Of a DNA stretch of 64,000 nt, positions 56,011-64,000 are shown piece by piece. The notes under the pieces are model-generated. The model did no database searches, was not told the DNA's origin, and saw only the letters and a program-made list of their open reading frames with translations. The stretch is taken from positions 64,904-128,903 of the forward strand of contig CAYSRJ010000003.1 of the NCBI GenBank assembly GCA_964433545.1, in the 5' to 3' direction. The stretch is from an uncultured Spirochaetota bacterium (GTDB lineage: Bacteria; Spirochaetota; B62-G9; DRHN01). Position numbers and translations under genes: made by a program. How positions within the stretch are numbered: the stretch's first letter is position 1; each line of letters begins with the position of its first letter.

Positions 56011-56457
56011 TCACTCGTGAACTGGTGAAAACCAGACAGCCCGATGATGCAGCCGCACACTTCCCCGCACCCACTGCCATGCCTTCTCAGCTAAACGGCG
56101 CGTCAGAAGAAGAAGGAGGTCGTCAGGTACACCTGCTGCCCGAAAGGATTGCGACGAAACGCCACACTGGTCGTTCATATAATCAATCACTACGAATTTA
56201 TTACTACGTTTGCTCATGGCTGTTTCACATGAAAACCATTCGATACGGACAATATCGGCGATATCAGACGCAATTCTGACCATCGACATCAGCCTGTGCT
56301 GCTCGAACTCTCGGATCATCGCATGCCGGTACACACCGCTTTGTGGATTCCACCAGCAGGGAAACAGCTCCCCGAACAGGTAAAAGATCCTGAACCATGC
56401 AACCATCCCCTCAAATACCTCCAGCTCCACAAACTCCTGCAGGAGAAATTTGTCCAT
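56011..56457 (-). CDS. hypothetical protein (149 aa), no recognised family
   Basis: The ATG at MDKFLLQEF lies 9 nt after AAAAAGGTG. Divergent from glgP. Confidence 0.45.
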   Translation of the reverse strand: MDKFLLQEFVELEVFEGMVAWFRIFYLFGELFPCWWNPQSGVYRHAMIREFEQHRLMSMVRIASDIADIVRIEWFSCETAMSKRSNKFVVIDYMNDQCGVSSQSFRAAGVPDDLLLLLTRRLAEKAWQWVRGSVRLHHRAVWFSPVHE

Positions 56458-56715
56458 TTTTCGACACCTTTTTCTAACCATGCATGTTAAATATACTATG
56501 CGTTCAGGTGCAAATCCATACGAGTATCTGCCTGAACACCCTCTCTCGACACAGCATTGACAAAAACCTACTCAATTATGCTCATCCTGGAGGGATGGTC
56601 GATAAAAATTCCGGTATCATCATCAAAAAGTAATCAAAAAAATTGCAGATACCACAACATATTCCATTTGTAATTATTTGGATTATAATTATAATCAATA
56701 TAAAGGAATCCCTCA

Positions 56716-59232
56716 ATGAGCAAAACAACATCCAAACAACAAACCAGACCATCTCTATCCGTGGCGGCATTTAAAGGAACAGACCCGGCAAGCCTTGAGG
56801 ATTCCTTCAGGTATCACCTCGAGTACTCCCTGGGTAAGGACGAGTACAGCGCTACACAACGCGACCTCTTCAAGAGCCTTGCCATGACGGTGCGGGACCT
56901 CCTGTTCGAGCGCTGGACCGAAACTCAGCAGACCTACTATCAGAAGGCGGCAAAGAGGGTATACTACCTGTCCCTGGAGTTTTTGATCGGGAGGATGCTC
57001 AGCGACGCCCTCATAAACCTGGGGATATACGAAAATATGCGAAAAGCCATGACCGCACTCGGCTGTGATATCGAATCTCTCAAGGAAATCGAGTTTGATG
57101 CAGGCCTCGGTAACGGCGGCCTGGGACGCCTTGCCGCCTGTTTCATGGACTCAATGGCCACACTCGGCATACCCGCATACGGGTACGGGATCCGCTACGA
57201 GTATGGTATCTTCTTCCAGAGAATAAAAAACGGGTACCAGGTGGAGACGCCCGACAACTGGCTGAGGTACGGAAATCCCTGGGAGATCGAGCGTCCCGAG
57301 CACCTCTATCCCGTGAAGTTCTATGGGAGGGTGCACCAGTCCACCGATGACCATGGAAACTTTCACTGTGGCTGGGTGGACACTCAGGATGTCCTGGCCA
57401 TGGCCTACGATACGCCCGTGCCCGGATACCGGAACAACACGGTGAACAACCTCCGGCTCTGGTCCGCCAAATCAACCCGGGAGTTTAATCTCGACTACTT
57501 CAACCACGGAGACTACGAACGGGCTGTCGCCGATAAGGCCCTTTCGGAAACCATCTCCATGGTCCTGTACCCCAACGACAACATGTTCGAGGGGAAGGAG
57601 CTCAGGCTGAAGCAGGAGTACTTCTTCGTATCTGCAACCCTGCAGGACATCATGAGGCGTTTCAGGAAGACCAATCCAAAAGGGTTCCAGCGATTTCCCG
57701 AAGAGGTCACAATACAGCTCAATGACACGCATCCGGCCATTGCAATACCAGAGCTCATACGTTTGCTTGTTGACGAGGAGCAGGTGGGCTGGGACGAGGC
57801 ATGGGATATAACAGTCAGGAGCTTTGGGTACACAAATCACACGATTATGGGAGAAGCGCTGGAGAAATGGCCGGTGAGTCTCATTGGGCGCGTTCTTCCC
57901 CGGCACCTGCAGATCATCTACGAGATCAATCGGCGTTTTCTCGATCATGTACAATCGTTGCTCATCTCCGACAACGACCTCAAGATTCAAAACCTCTCCC
58001 TTATTGAGGAGGGGGCCGAAAAGAGGGTGCGGATGGCCAGCCTGGCGATCGTGGGCAGTCATTCTGTGAACGGTGTGTCGGAGATCCATACCGGGCTGCT
58101 TAAAAGTGTGCTATTCAGAGATTTTTATGAGCTCTGGCCTGAACGGTTCAAAAATATAACCAACGGAATCACACAGCGCCGATGGCTGAAGATATGCAAC
58201 CCTGAGCTTGCGGAATTAATCACCAGCCACATTGGCGAGGGATGGATCACCGATCTGTCCCAGCTGGAAAAGCTGGTTCCCCTCGCCGATGATGATGGAT
58301 TTCAGAAATCGTGGCTGGAGGTCAAACTGAAAAACAAGAAGAAGCTGGCAGAGTTTATCCCGAACCATGTAACGGTCAATCCATCCGCACTCTTCGACTG
58401 CCAGGTGAAGAGATTCCACGAGTACAAGCGTCAGCTTCTCAATGCCCTGCACATCGTGTACCTTTTCAACCGTATAAAGAGGGGCAATAACCCGATGCCC
58501 GCGCCCCGGGTGTTTATTTTTGCCGGCAAGGCGGCCCCCGGGTATTGGACGGCAAAGCTCATCATCAAACTTATTAATTCCATTGCCGACAAGGTGAATC
58601 ATGACAAGGATGTGAATGACAGGATGAAGGTCGTGTTCCTCTCCAATTACGATGTCTCACTGGCAGAGCGGATCATCCCGGCCGCCGATCTATCCGAGCA
58701 GATTTCAACGGCAGGAACCGAAGCTTCAGGGACTAGCAATATGAAGTTTGCACTCAATGGAGCCTTGACCATCGGGACCATGGACGGTGCCAACGTCGAG
58801 ATACTTCAAGAGGTCGGCAAGGAGAACTTTTTCATCTTCGGATTGACCACCGAGAAGATAGGGTCCTTACGAATTTCAGGGTACAATCCCCGGGAGTACT
58901 ACGAGGGCAATCCGTATTTGAAAGAGGTGATTGATCTCATTTCGAACGGATACTTTTCACCCGACGAACCGTCGCTCTTCAAACCCCTTGTCGATTCACT
59001 GTTAAACGGGGGCGACCCATATCTCCTGCTGGCGGATTTCGCCGACTATCTTCGATGCCAGGAAGAAGTGGTAAAAACGTACTTAAATAAAAGTAAATGG
59101 ACACGGATGTCGATCTTAAACGTAGCTCACATGGGTAAGTTTTCAAGCGACCGTACGATTCAAGAGTACGCGCGGGAAATCTGGGATATCAAACCGGTTC
59201 TTGTCGAAGCTCCCCCACCAGAGTCCGTGTGA
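56716..59232 (+). CDS. glgP: glycogen/maltodextrin phosphorylase
   Basis: EFLIGRMLSDAL, GNGGLGRLAACFMDS and the PLP-lysine site EASGTSNMKFALNGA. AAAGGAAT SD. Confidence 0.95.
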   Translation: MSKTTSKQQTRPSLSVAAFKGTDPASLEDSFRYHLEYSLGKDEYSATQRDLFKSLAMTVRDLLFERWTETQQTYYQKAAKRVYYLSLEFLIGRMLSDALINLGIYENMRKAMTALGCDIESLKEIEFDAGLGNGGLGRLAACFMDSMATLGIPAYGYGIRYEYGIFFQRIKNGYQVETPDNWLRYGNPWEIERPEHLYPVKFYGRVHQSTDDHGNFHCGWVDTQDVLAMAYDTPVPGYRNNTVNNLRLWSAKSTREFNLDYFNHGDYERAVADKALSETISMVLYPNDNMFEGKELRLKQEYFFVSATLQDIMRRFRKTNPKGFQRFPEEVTIQLNDTHPAIAIPELIRLLVDEEQVGWDEAWDITVRSFGYTNHTIMGEALEKWPVSLIGRVLPRHLQIIYEINRRFLDHVQSLLISDNDLKIQNLSLIEEGAEKRVRMASLAIVGSHSVNGVSEIHTGLLKSVLFRDFYELWPERFKNITNGITQRRWLKICNPELAELITSHIGEGWITDLSQLEKLVPLADDDGFQKSWLEVKLKNKKKLAEFIPNHVTVNPSALFDCQVKRFHEYKRQLLNALHIVYLFNRIKRGNNPMPAPRVFIFAGKAAPGYWTAKLIIKLINSIADKVNHDKDVNDRMKVVFLSNYDVSLAERIIPAADLSEQISTAGTEASGTSNMKFALNGALTIGTMDGANVEILQEVGKENFFIFGLTTEKIGSLRISGYNPREYYEGNPYLKEVIDLISNGYFSPDEPSLFKPLVDSLLNGGDPYLLLADFADYLRCQEEVVKTYLNKSKWTRMSILNVAHMGKFSSDRTIQEYAREIWDIKPVLVEAPPPESV

Positions 59233-59243
59233 TGATAGAGTTG

Positions 59244-59486
59244 TTACTTGAGCAACGCGATCATTTTTTTCTGGTCCCGAACATTCTCTACCTTTTTGGC
59301 GACCTCCGGGTCAAGGCAGTTCAGAAGCCAGTTGTACACGTCGTTCTTCTCATTGTTTACATAGGTTGCAAACTCTTGTGGTGTGAGCTTTTTAAGCTGT
59401 GCTACGAGCTGGGCCTTGTTTTCGACGTAGGTTCCGTTATGAAAGTAGAATGCTTCGCCCGGTTTTACCTTTTTTCTTTTTTCCAT
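59244..59486 (-). CDS. small hypothetical protein (80 aa)
   Basis: The ATG at MEKRKKVKPGE lies 9 nt after GGGGAG. Convergent with glgP. Confidence 0.4.
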   Translation of the reverse strand: MEKRKKVKPGEAFYFHNGTYVENKAQLVAQLKKLTPQEFATYVNNEKNDVYNWLLNCLDPEVAKKVENVRDQKKMIALLK

Positions 59487-59537
59487 GGTGAGAGCTCCCC
59501 GTGAGATGGTCCACCTCTGTACCAGTATTGTAAGCAT

Positions 59538-59813
59538 ATGATCTGTAAAAAGCAAGAGTTAAACAGGGCAAATTTTGATCTTCATACCGTAAAAAAATGC
59601 TTAACATGCAGATTCGGAACTTTCATTTTCCGCCACGGCGAGCACTTCTATCATTTTCAGGGTTTGCGGGAGTTCAAAGAGAAGCTTGATCCTGTCTGGA
59701 AATCCAGGTACCTCGTCCTGCCCGGCGGTCTTGCCCTCCCACGGGTTCTCTTCGATGTGGCAACACTTATATTGAAGGGCAGGGGCGTCAATATCGCGGG
59801 TCTTGGAAGATGA
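59538..59813 (+). pseudogene. C-terminal remnant of a DUF2156 / MprF-C-domain-like gene
   Basis: ...FRHGEHFYHFQGLREFKEKLDPVWKSRYLVLPGG matches the conserved C-terminal block of lysyl-phosphatidylglycerol-synthase C-domain proteins. Only about 60 homologous residues remain. Confidence 0.4.
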
Positions 59814-60034
59814 TGTCGTAATCGAGGCTACGGTGTCCCGTCACACTTTGAAAAACGTGCGCACCCTGGCGGCTATCTGACGGTCGGTCATCTTGTCCGC
59901 CCTTTGGACACCTTTTACACGGCTGCCAAGCTCCTTCGATCTTTGGATATGCCCCTCCAATTCCTCTTTTGCCTCACCGGGCCCGAAGATACAGTATCTC
60001 TAAGACATTTTCCTATAACAGAAGCTCATACTCA

Positions 60035-61207
60035 TCAGAGTGACTTCTCTAGATTGAAGAGGGATGTACGAAAATAGAGGATGGGCTTATTTCTACTCTG
60101 GAGCCCCTGGGCTGCGGAGAACTCAATTTTGAAATGGCTTTTTTTCTGCCCGGAGAGTACAAAGGAAAACCCTGCACCAAGGCTTGCGAGATAGCCCAGA
60201 TCGGACTTCAAACCGATACTTTCCTGATAGAGAAGCGAATCGGTAAACAGTTTCACCCTGAACTGATGAATCCTGAGGTTGTTTTTGAACAGATTGAGCT
60301 CTCTATCTCTGAACAACTCATGTTCAGTATCGACTGTGAAAAGGTTGAAGCTGAATGCGTTGATCGATCCATTCTCGTATCCCCGAATAGAGTCGAAGCC
60401 GCCGAGCTCGTAATAACCTGCAAGCTTCTTTTCCCAGATTGCGATTGGATAGTCGAGTGTCCCCCTGAGAATGAAAAACCAGCTGCTCCGGATGTTGAAG
60501 TGGGATAGAAGCTGGTTCTCGTTACGCATGTCAACCGGTGTATCGAAGCTGTCCCGAAACCGTGCCTTGAAGACCGTACGGTAACTGAGGCCTTTGAAGT
60601 AGAGCTTGTTCGCTGGATCGAGCGCCCTCACACCGTCGTATATGAAGCTGAGCTTGGGCACCAGATCGAAACCATCCTCGAGGACCCGTGTTTCGGTCAG
60701 GCTCCCCTTGAACACCTCGTCAAGCAGGAATGCAGGCTCCAGGTACAGCTTTGGAGCCAGACGATAGCCGATCCCCCCTTCAAAGCCCCTGTTGCGCTCT
60801 ATATATTTGTCTGTGGGAACGAGCACGATGTCCGAGCCGCTTATCCCCGGCGCAACCAGATTCTCGAAGTCCGTGCTCTGAAAAAATTTTAGATACGGCC
60901 GGAAGCGTTTGATATTATAGGCAAATGTAAGCTCGCTGTTGATATTGCTTGAAATAATGCCGTAGCCCAGATAAAAGATGAGATCCAGTCTATTGATGGG
61001 CTGTGTGAATGTGAGCCTCACATTGCCGCTTGGAAGGACAAGATCGAGAGACGGACTCACCTGTGCTTGCACCGTTGAAAATTTCACATTCAACTTCTCA
61101 GCCTCTTCAGTCTTCGGTTCATCACTCACTTTATCTTCGGCTGCAACCTTAGTTCCAAAGAAAGAAATCATGAAAAGAAAAGACAATGATACGATGCGTG
61201 TTTTCAT
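60035..61207 (-). CDS. outer-membrane beta-barrel protein, Omp85/surface-antigen-D15-like C-terminal domain
   Basis: Signal peptide MKTRIVSLSFLFMISFFGTKVAA. Alternating amphipathic beta-strands. YYELGGFDSIRGYENGS resembles the Omp85 GG..S.RGF motif. Confidence 0.6.
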   Translation of the reverse strand: MKTRIVSLSFLFMISFFGTKVAAEDKVSDEPKTEEAEKLNVKFSTVQAQVSPSLDLVLPSGNVRLTFTQPINRLDLIFYLGYGIISSNINSELTFAYNIKRFRPYLKFFQSTDFENLVAPGISGSDIVLVPTDKYIERNRGFEGGIGYRLAPKLYLEPAFLLDEVFKGSLTETRVLEDGFDLVPKLSFIYDGVRALDPANKLYFKGLSYRTVFKARFRDSFDTPVDMRNENQLLSHFNIRSSWFFILRGTLDYPIAIWEKKLAGYYELGGFDSIRGYENGSINAFSFNLFTVDTEHELFRDRELNLFKNNLRIHQFRVKLFTDSLLYQESIGLKSDLGYLASLGAGFSFVLSGQKKSHFKIEFSAAQGLQSRNKPILYFRTSLFNLEKSL

Positions 61208-61370
61208 AAACCAATTCCCATGCTAAACAAAAGGCATTACTGTATAAAACGATCTATCAGTCTTCAACTTAAAATTGCCGCAGGTACTGAATTTCAGTAT
61301 ACATCTGTATCATATATTTGTGCAATGGTTTCGTAACGTACTGAAAAGAGGACTGTATAAAGCTCCTCAT
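61193..61370. repeat. diverged segmental duplicate (copy 2); native promoter and 5' end of the Omp85-like gene
   Basis: See 55474..55636. A degenerate LapA-like start (ATG..MLLIVFIFGFVVGINYYT*) at about 61616-61672 suggests the duplicated unit once included the lapA-like 5' end. Confidence 0.5.
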
Positions 61371-62002
61371 TGGCACCATCATCTCAGAATTCCTGAGTTC
61401 ACTCATGAACTCATGAAAACCGTATAGCCGATAATACAGACGTAAAAGTTCGAGTGCGTTTGAGCCTTCGGAACTATTCATTTCTCTTTTAAGCGTCTTT
61501 TCAAAGCTGAAGAGTGGTGTTTTTAAAATAAGAGGGCAAACTTAAAGGAAGGGCGTATGCGCGCGCTCAAACGGGAAACACGGAATCCTGGCATGCAATC
61601 ATTTCCCGGGCGATCATGTTACTCATCGTGTTTATATTTGGTTTCGTCGTCGGCATAAATTACTATACTTAAACGTATAAACCATGGTAATGAGCATCTT
61701 TCTTACAGGTAAACCTAAAAGCAACAGTAAAAGAAATTATTTATTTTTTTCATCGCGTTTTATTCTCGCTTCTGCGGCTTCCAAAAATAATTTTAATATT
61801 CACGAAACAAAAACCGGTCTTCTCAATAACATTCTACCCGCAACAGAACAGTTAATCAACAAAGAAGTGATTCGGATCCCCCGCGTCCGAATAATATCAC
61901 CTGCAGGCGGCAACACGAAGACGCTTTTTTTCCGACTAACTCAACTAATTGTAAACCACTCCTCTTTAAAAAGCAAAATGTCTTGACCGATATGCTTAAA
62001 AC

Positions 62003-62020
62003 ATGCATATTAATGCATAT
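62003..62020. promoter_or_regulatory. candidate VapB operator: direct repeat of the palindromic hexamer ATGCAT (ATGCATattaATGCATat) within the vapBC promoter
   Basis: Located 35-50 bp upstream of the vapB start, between TTGACC and TATAAT-like hexamers. Confidence 0.3.
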
Positions 62021-62054
62021 AATTATGTGTTGTAAAGTTTTCAAGGAGACCATG

Positions 62055-62252
62055 ATGAGAACAACAATAAATATTGATGACACATTGATTGAAAGAGCTT
62101 CAAAATTAACAGGGATAAAGGAAAAAACGTCTCTGGTGAAACGTGGTTTGGAATCGTTGATTGCTCTTGAAAGCAGCAAAAAACTTGCACGATTGGGGAG
62201 CAGTGAAAAAAAGCTGAATCCTGTGCCCCGAAGAAGAACAGCGAGCGAATGA
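62055..62252 (+). CDS. vapB: type II antitoxin VapB (MRTTINIDD... family)
   Basis: MRTTINIDDTLIERASKLTGIKEKTSLVKRGLESLI, with AAGGAGA SD. The stop TGA overlaps the vapC ATG (TGATATG). Confidence 0.8.
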   Translation: MRTTINIDDTLIERASKLTGIKEKTSLVKRGLESLIALESSKKLARLGSSEKKLNPVPRRRTASE

Positions 62253-62253
62253 T

Positions 62254-62622
62254 ATGGTTCTGGTTGACACATCTGTCTGGATATCTCACCTGCGCATTGG
62301 CGAGCCTGATCTTGAGATTCTCCTCAATAACGGGAATGTCATCTGTCATCCGTTTATCATTGGAGAACTTGCCTGCGGCAACCTTGCAAACCGTGCTGAG
62401 ATTCTTTCACTTCTCCAGGCACTCCCCCGGGCCGAATGTGCCGGTGATGAAGAAGTATTATACTTTATCGAAAAAAACCATCTTATGGGCAGGGGAATCG
62501 GATATATTGATGCTCATCTGCTCGCTTCCGCAGTTTTAACCGACACCCCCATATGGACCTTCGATATACAGTTACAGAAGACAGCGTTTAATTTGGGCTT
62601 GAGTGCAGGAACCCATGAATAA
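62254..62622 (+). CDS. vapC: type II toxin VapC (PIN-domain ribonuclease)
   Basis: MVLVDTSVWISHL...HPFIIGEL..., with D4 and the distal acidic residue (TFD) of PIN domains. Confidence 0.85.
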   Translation: MVLVDTSVWISHLRIGEPDLEILLNNGNVICHPFIIGELACGNLANRAEILSLLQALPRAECAGDEEVLYFIEKNHLMGRGIGYIDAHLLASAVLTDTPIWTFDIQLQKTAFNLGLSAGTHE

Positions 62623-63868
62623 AAAAAGCATACCCCCCTACTTTTCCACAGGTGAAAAGGGCTCTTTTGCAGAAAAAACCCTGCAAATGAGAAAACCCTC
62701 CATAGTGGACAGGGTCATAAAGGCGAATAGTTTCAATAAAAGCCAGAAAAATGCCCTTCTTGCTCTCAAAGAGGAGATAAAAGCAGGCCAAATCACAAAC
62801 CCCTTCAACAACCCCGCAGTTCGTATCGATACGATGGAGGAACAATCTCTTTCTCTCTGGAGGCGGGAGGCCTCCCGCTACGAGGGAGGTTCATGGCTTG
62901 ACATCCCATTCTACTTCGCCGAGGCCTACTTCTACATGAGGATACTCATTGTAATCGGGTACTTCGACAATACGTCGTCCTTTCACCTGAAAGACCCGTA
63001 CAGTCCCTTTAAAGAACGTGAGCTCTATGCGGAAAACGGTGGGCTCGAGCTGGGGAGAACAATCGTCGGGTTTTTCGAAGAGCATCTTTTTGAAACCGGT
63101 CTTCCCATCGAGGAGCAGAAAAAGGAGCTTGAATCCATCCTCTATTACGAGCTCTGGGGGAACCGGGTCGATTTGAGTCTCTTTTCTATCGCAGACGATT
63201 CGAGGGAGAAAACCTCGGAGCATGAGTCGCATAACCTGCTCATCGATCATAGTGAGCGGCTCATCGAGCTTTTAATCGATTTAAAAAGAGTAGACATGGT
63301 ACTTGACAACTCGGGGCAGGAGCTCGTATGCGACCTGCTTCTCACCTGGTATCTTCTTGCGATCTCACCTGAAAAAAAGATCCATCTTCACGCGAAAAAA
63401 TATCCTTTCTACGTATCCGATGCCATGCTGAAGGATGTCATGGAGACCATCAGTGCGTTTCAAAACGAAAAAAATGGAATACTTGCACGAATCGGCGCCG
63501 AGCTTTTCGGGTTTCAGGAGCGGGGGAGGCTTTTTTTACACGATCACTACTTCTGGAACAGCCCCCTCGGTTACGACCAGCTACCCGAAGACATCTCACA
63601 GGAGCTTGCCCGTTCTAATATCGTCCTGCTCAAAGGAGATGTAAACTACAGAAGGATGCTTTCGGACAGAAAGTGGGAGACGTCTCGGAACATGGAGGAA
63701 TTGATCGGATTTTTCCCCGCATCCTTCGCGCTTATCAGGACAATGAAGAGTGAATCCATTGTCGATATCGACGAACGGAGGGCAAATGAGCTTTTCATGG
63801 AGGACCCCGACTGGCTTGTTAACGGTATCCGTGGCATTATCAGGGTGGTTGAAAAGGCAAGGGCATAA
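62615..63868 (+). CDS. DUF89 (ARMT1-like) metal-dependent phosphatase / damage-control family protein
   Basis: VLDNSGQELVCDLLL and LLKGDVNYRRM correspond to the DUF89 DN-G-E and KGD-NYR motifs. ATG follows GCAGGAA; the track ORF starts at a GTG at 62603. Confidence 0.7.
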   Translation: MNKKSIPPYFSTGEKGSFAEKTLQMRKPSIVDRVIKANSFNKSQKNALLALKEEIKAGQITNPFNNPAVRIDTMEEQSLSLWRREASRYEGGSWLDIPFYFAEAYFYMRILIVIGYFDNTSSFHLKDPYSPFKERELYAENGGLELGRTIVGFFEEHLFETGLPIEEQKKELESILYYELWGNRVDLSLFSIADDSREKTSEHESHNLLIDHSERLIELLIDLKRVDMVLDNSGQELVCDLLLTWYLLAISPEKKIHLHAKKYPFYVSDAMLKDVMETISAFQNEKNGILARIGAELFGFQERGRLFLHDHYFWNSPLGYDQLPEDISQELARSNIVLLKGDVNYRRMLSDRKWETSRNMEELIGFFPASFALIRTMKSESIVDIDERRANELFMEDPDWLVNGIRGIIRVVEKARA

Positions 63869-64000
63869 GGTTTTGTGCAAATGGCTCCGTTTAAACGTCT
63901 GCATTTATTGACACACTGTTTTTTCAAAATTATCTTTAAAATAGGGGGATGTTTTTTGAGCCTGTACCGTGTACATTTCAAGTGGAAAGAAAAAGAGATG

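Noticed and set aside
56540-56600. TTGACA hexamer with possible -10 upstream of glgP
   Set aside because: No -10 hexamer at 16-18-bp spacing fits better than 4/6. Left unannotated.
61684-61986. 100-aa plus-strand ORF
   Set aside because: AT-rich promoter DNA of vapBC. Low-complexity translation, no SD.
1-64000. tRNA / rRNA / CRISPR scan by eye
   Set aside because: No GTTCGAATC-type T-loops with acceptor stems, no rRNA-like conserved blocks, and no regularly spaced direct repeats with unique spacers were found.

Overview
This 64-kb window is bacterial chromosomal DNA with about 50% GC, tightly packed with genes on both strands. I found no rRNA, tRNA or CRISPR array. The gene content (sigma-54/NtrC-type regulator, glycyl-radical-enzyme remnants, DhaKLM, TctABC) suggests an anaerobic or facultative proteobacterium-like organism; I do not assign a taxon. 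The ordinary content is: Liv-type branched-chain amino-acid ABC transporter (livH 3' end, livM, binding protein); a creatininase-family hydrolase next to a LeuA/NifV-like DRE-TIM synthase; an OmpA-family lipoprotein; an FbpABC/AfuABC-like ABC importer; Fpg/Nei glycosylase; a geranylgeranyl-reductase-like flavoprotein; a DUF72 protein; the dhaKLM operon with an EIIA-HPr-EI fusion DhaM; a 7TM histidine kinase plus sigma-54 response regulator; CorA, MscS and a radical-SAM/SPASM enzyme; a split Tm-1-like pair (UPF0261 plus TIM-barrel) convergent on tctCAB; a 2-hydroxyacid dehydrogenase; FabV/TER; a beta-helix lipoprotein; a PdxA-family dehydrogenase; glycogen phosphorylase; an Omp85-like outer-membrane protein; VapBC; and a DUF89 protein. 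Features worth attention: (1) A co-directional gene pair, a TIR-domain protein with a long histone-H1-like Lys/Ala-rich N-terminal tail immediately downstream of a large TPR + SLOG(LOG/DprA-like) + class III nucleotidyl-cyclase fusion. I propose this as a candidate, apparently undescribed, nucleotide-signalling conflict or defence module. (2) A six-gene operon: threonine-synthase-like PLP enzyme, DUF1611 fused to a PP-loop ATPase with a zinc ribbon, creatininase-family amidohydrolase, enolase-superfamily dipeptide/N-acyl-amino-acid epimerase, and two GT4 glycosyltransferases. (3) A decaying glycyl-radical-enzyme locus; the enzyme is frameshifted and the activase has an in-frame TAA. (4) A small family of structured intergenic repeats, plus a roughly 135-bp diverged segmental duplication copying the promoter and 5' end of the Omp85-like gene next to a 5'-truncated motB-like fragment. 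(5) A DUF72 gene whose conserved N-terminus has a strong Shine-Dalgarno site but no canonical start codon. Coordinates of starts I inferred may be off by 1-3 nt.
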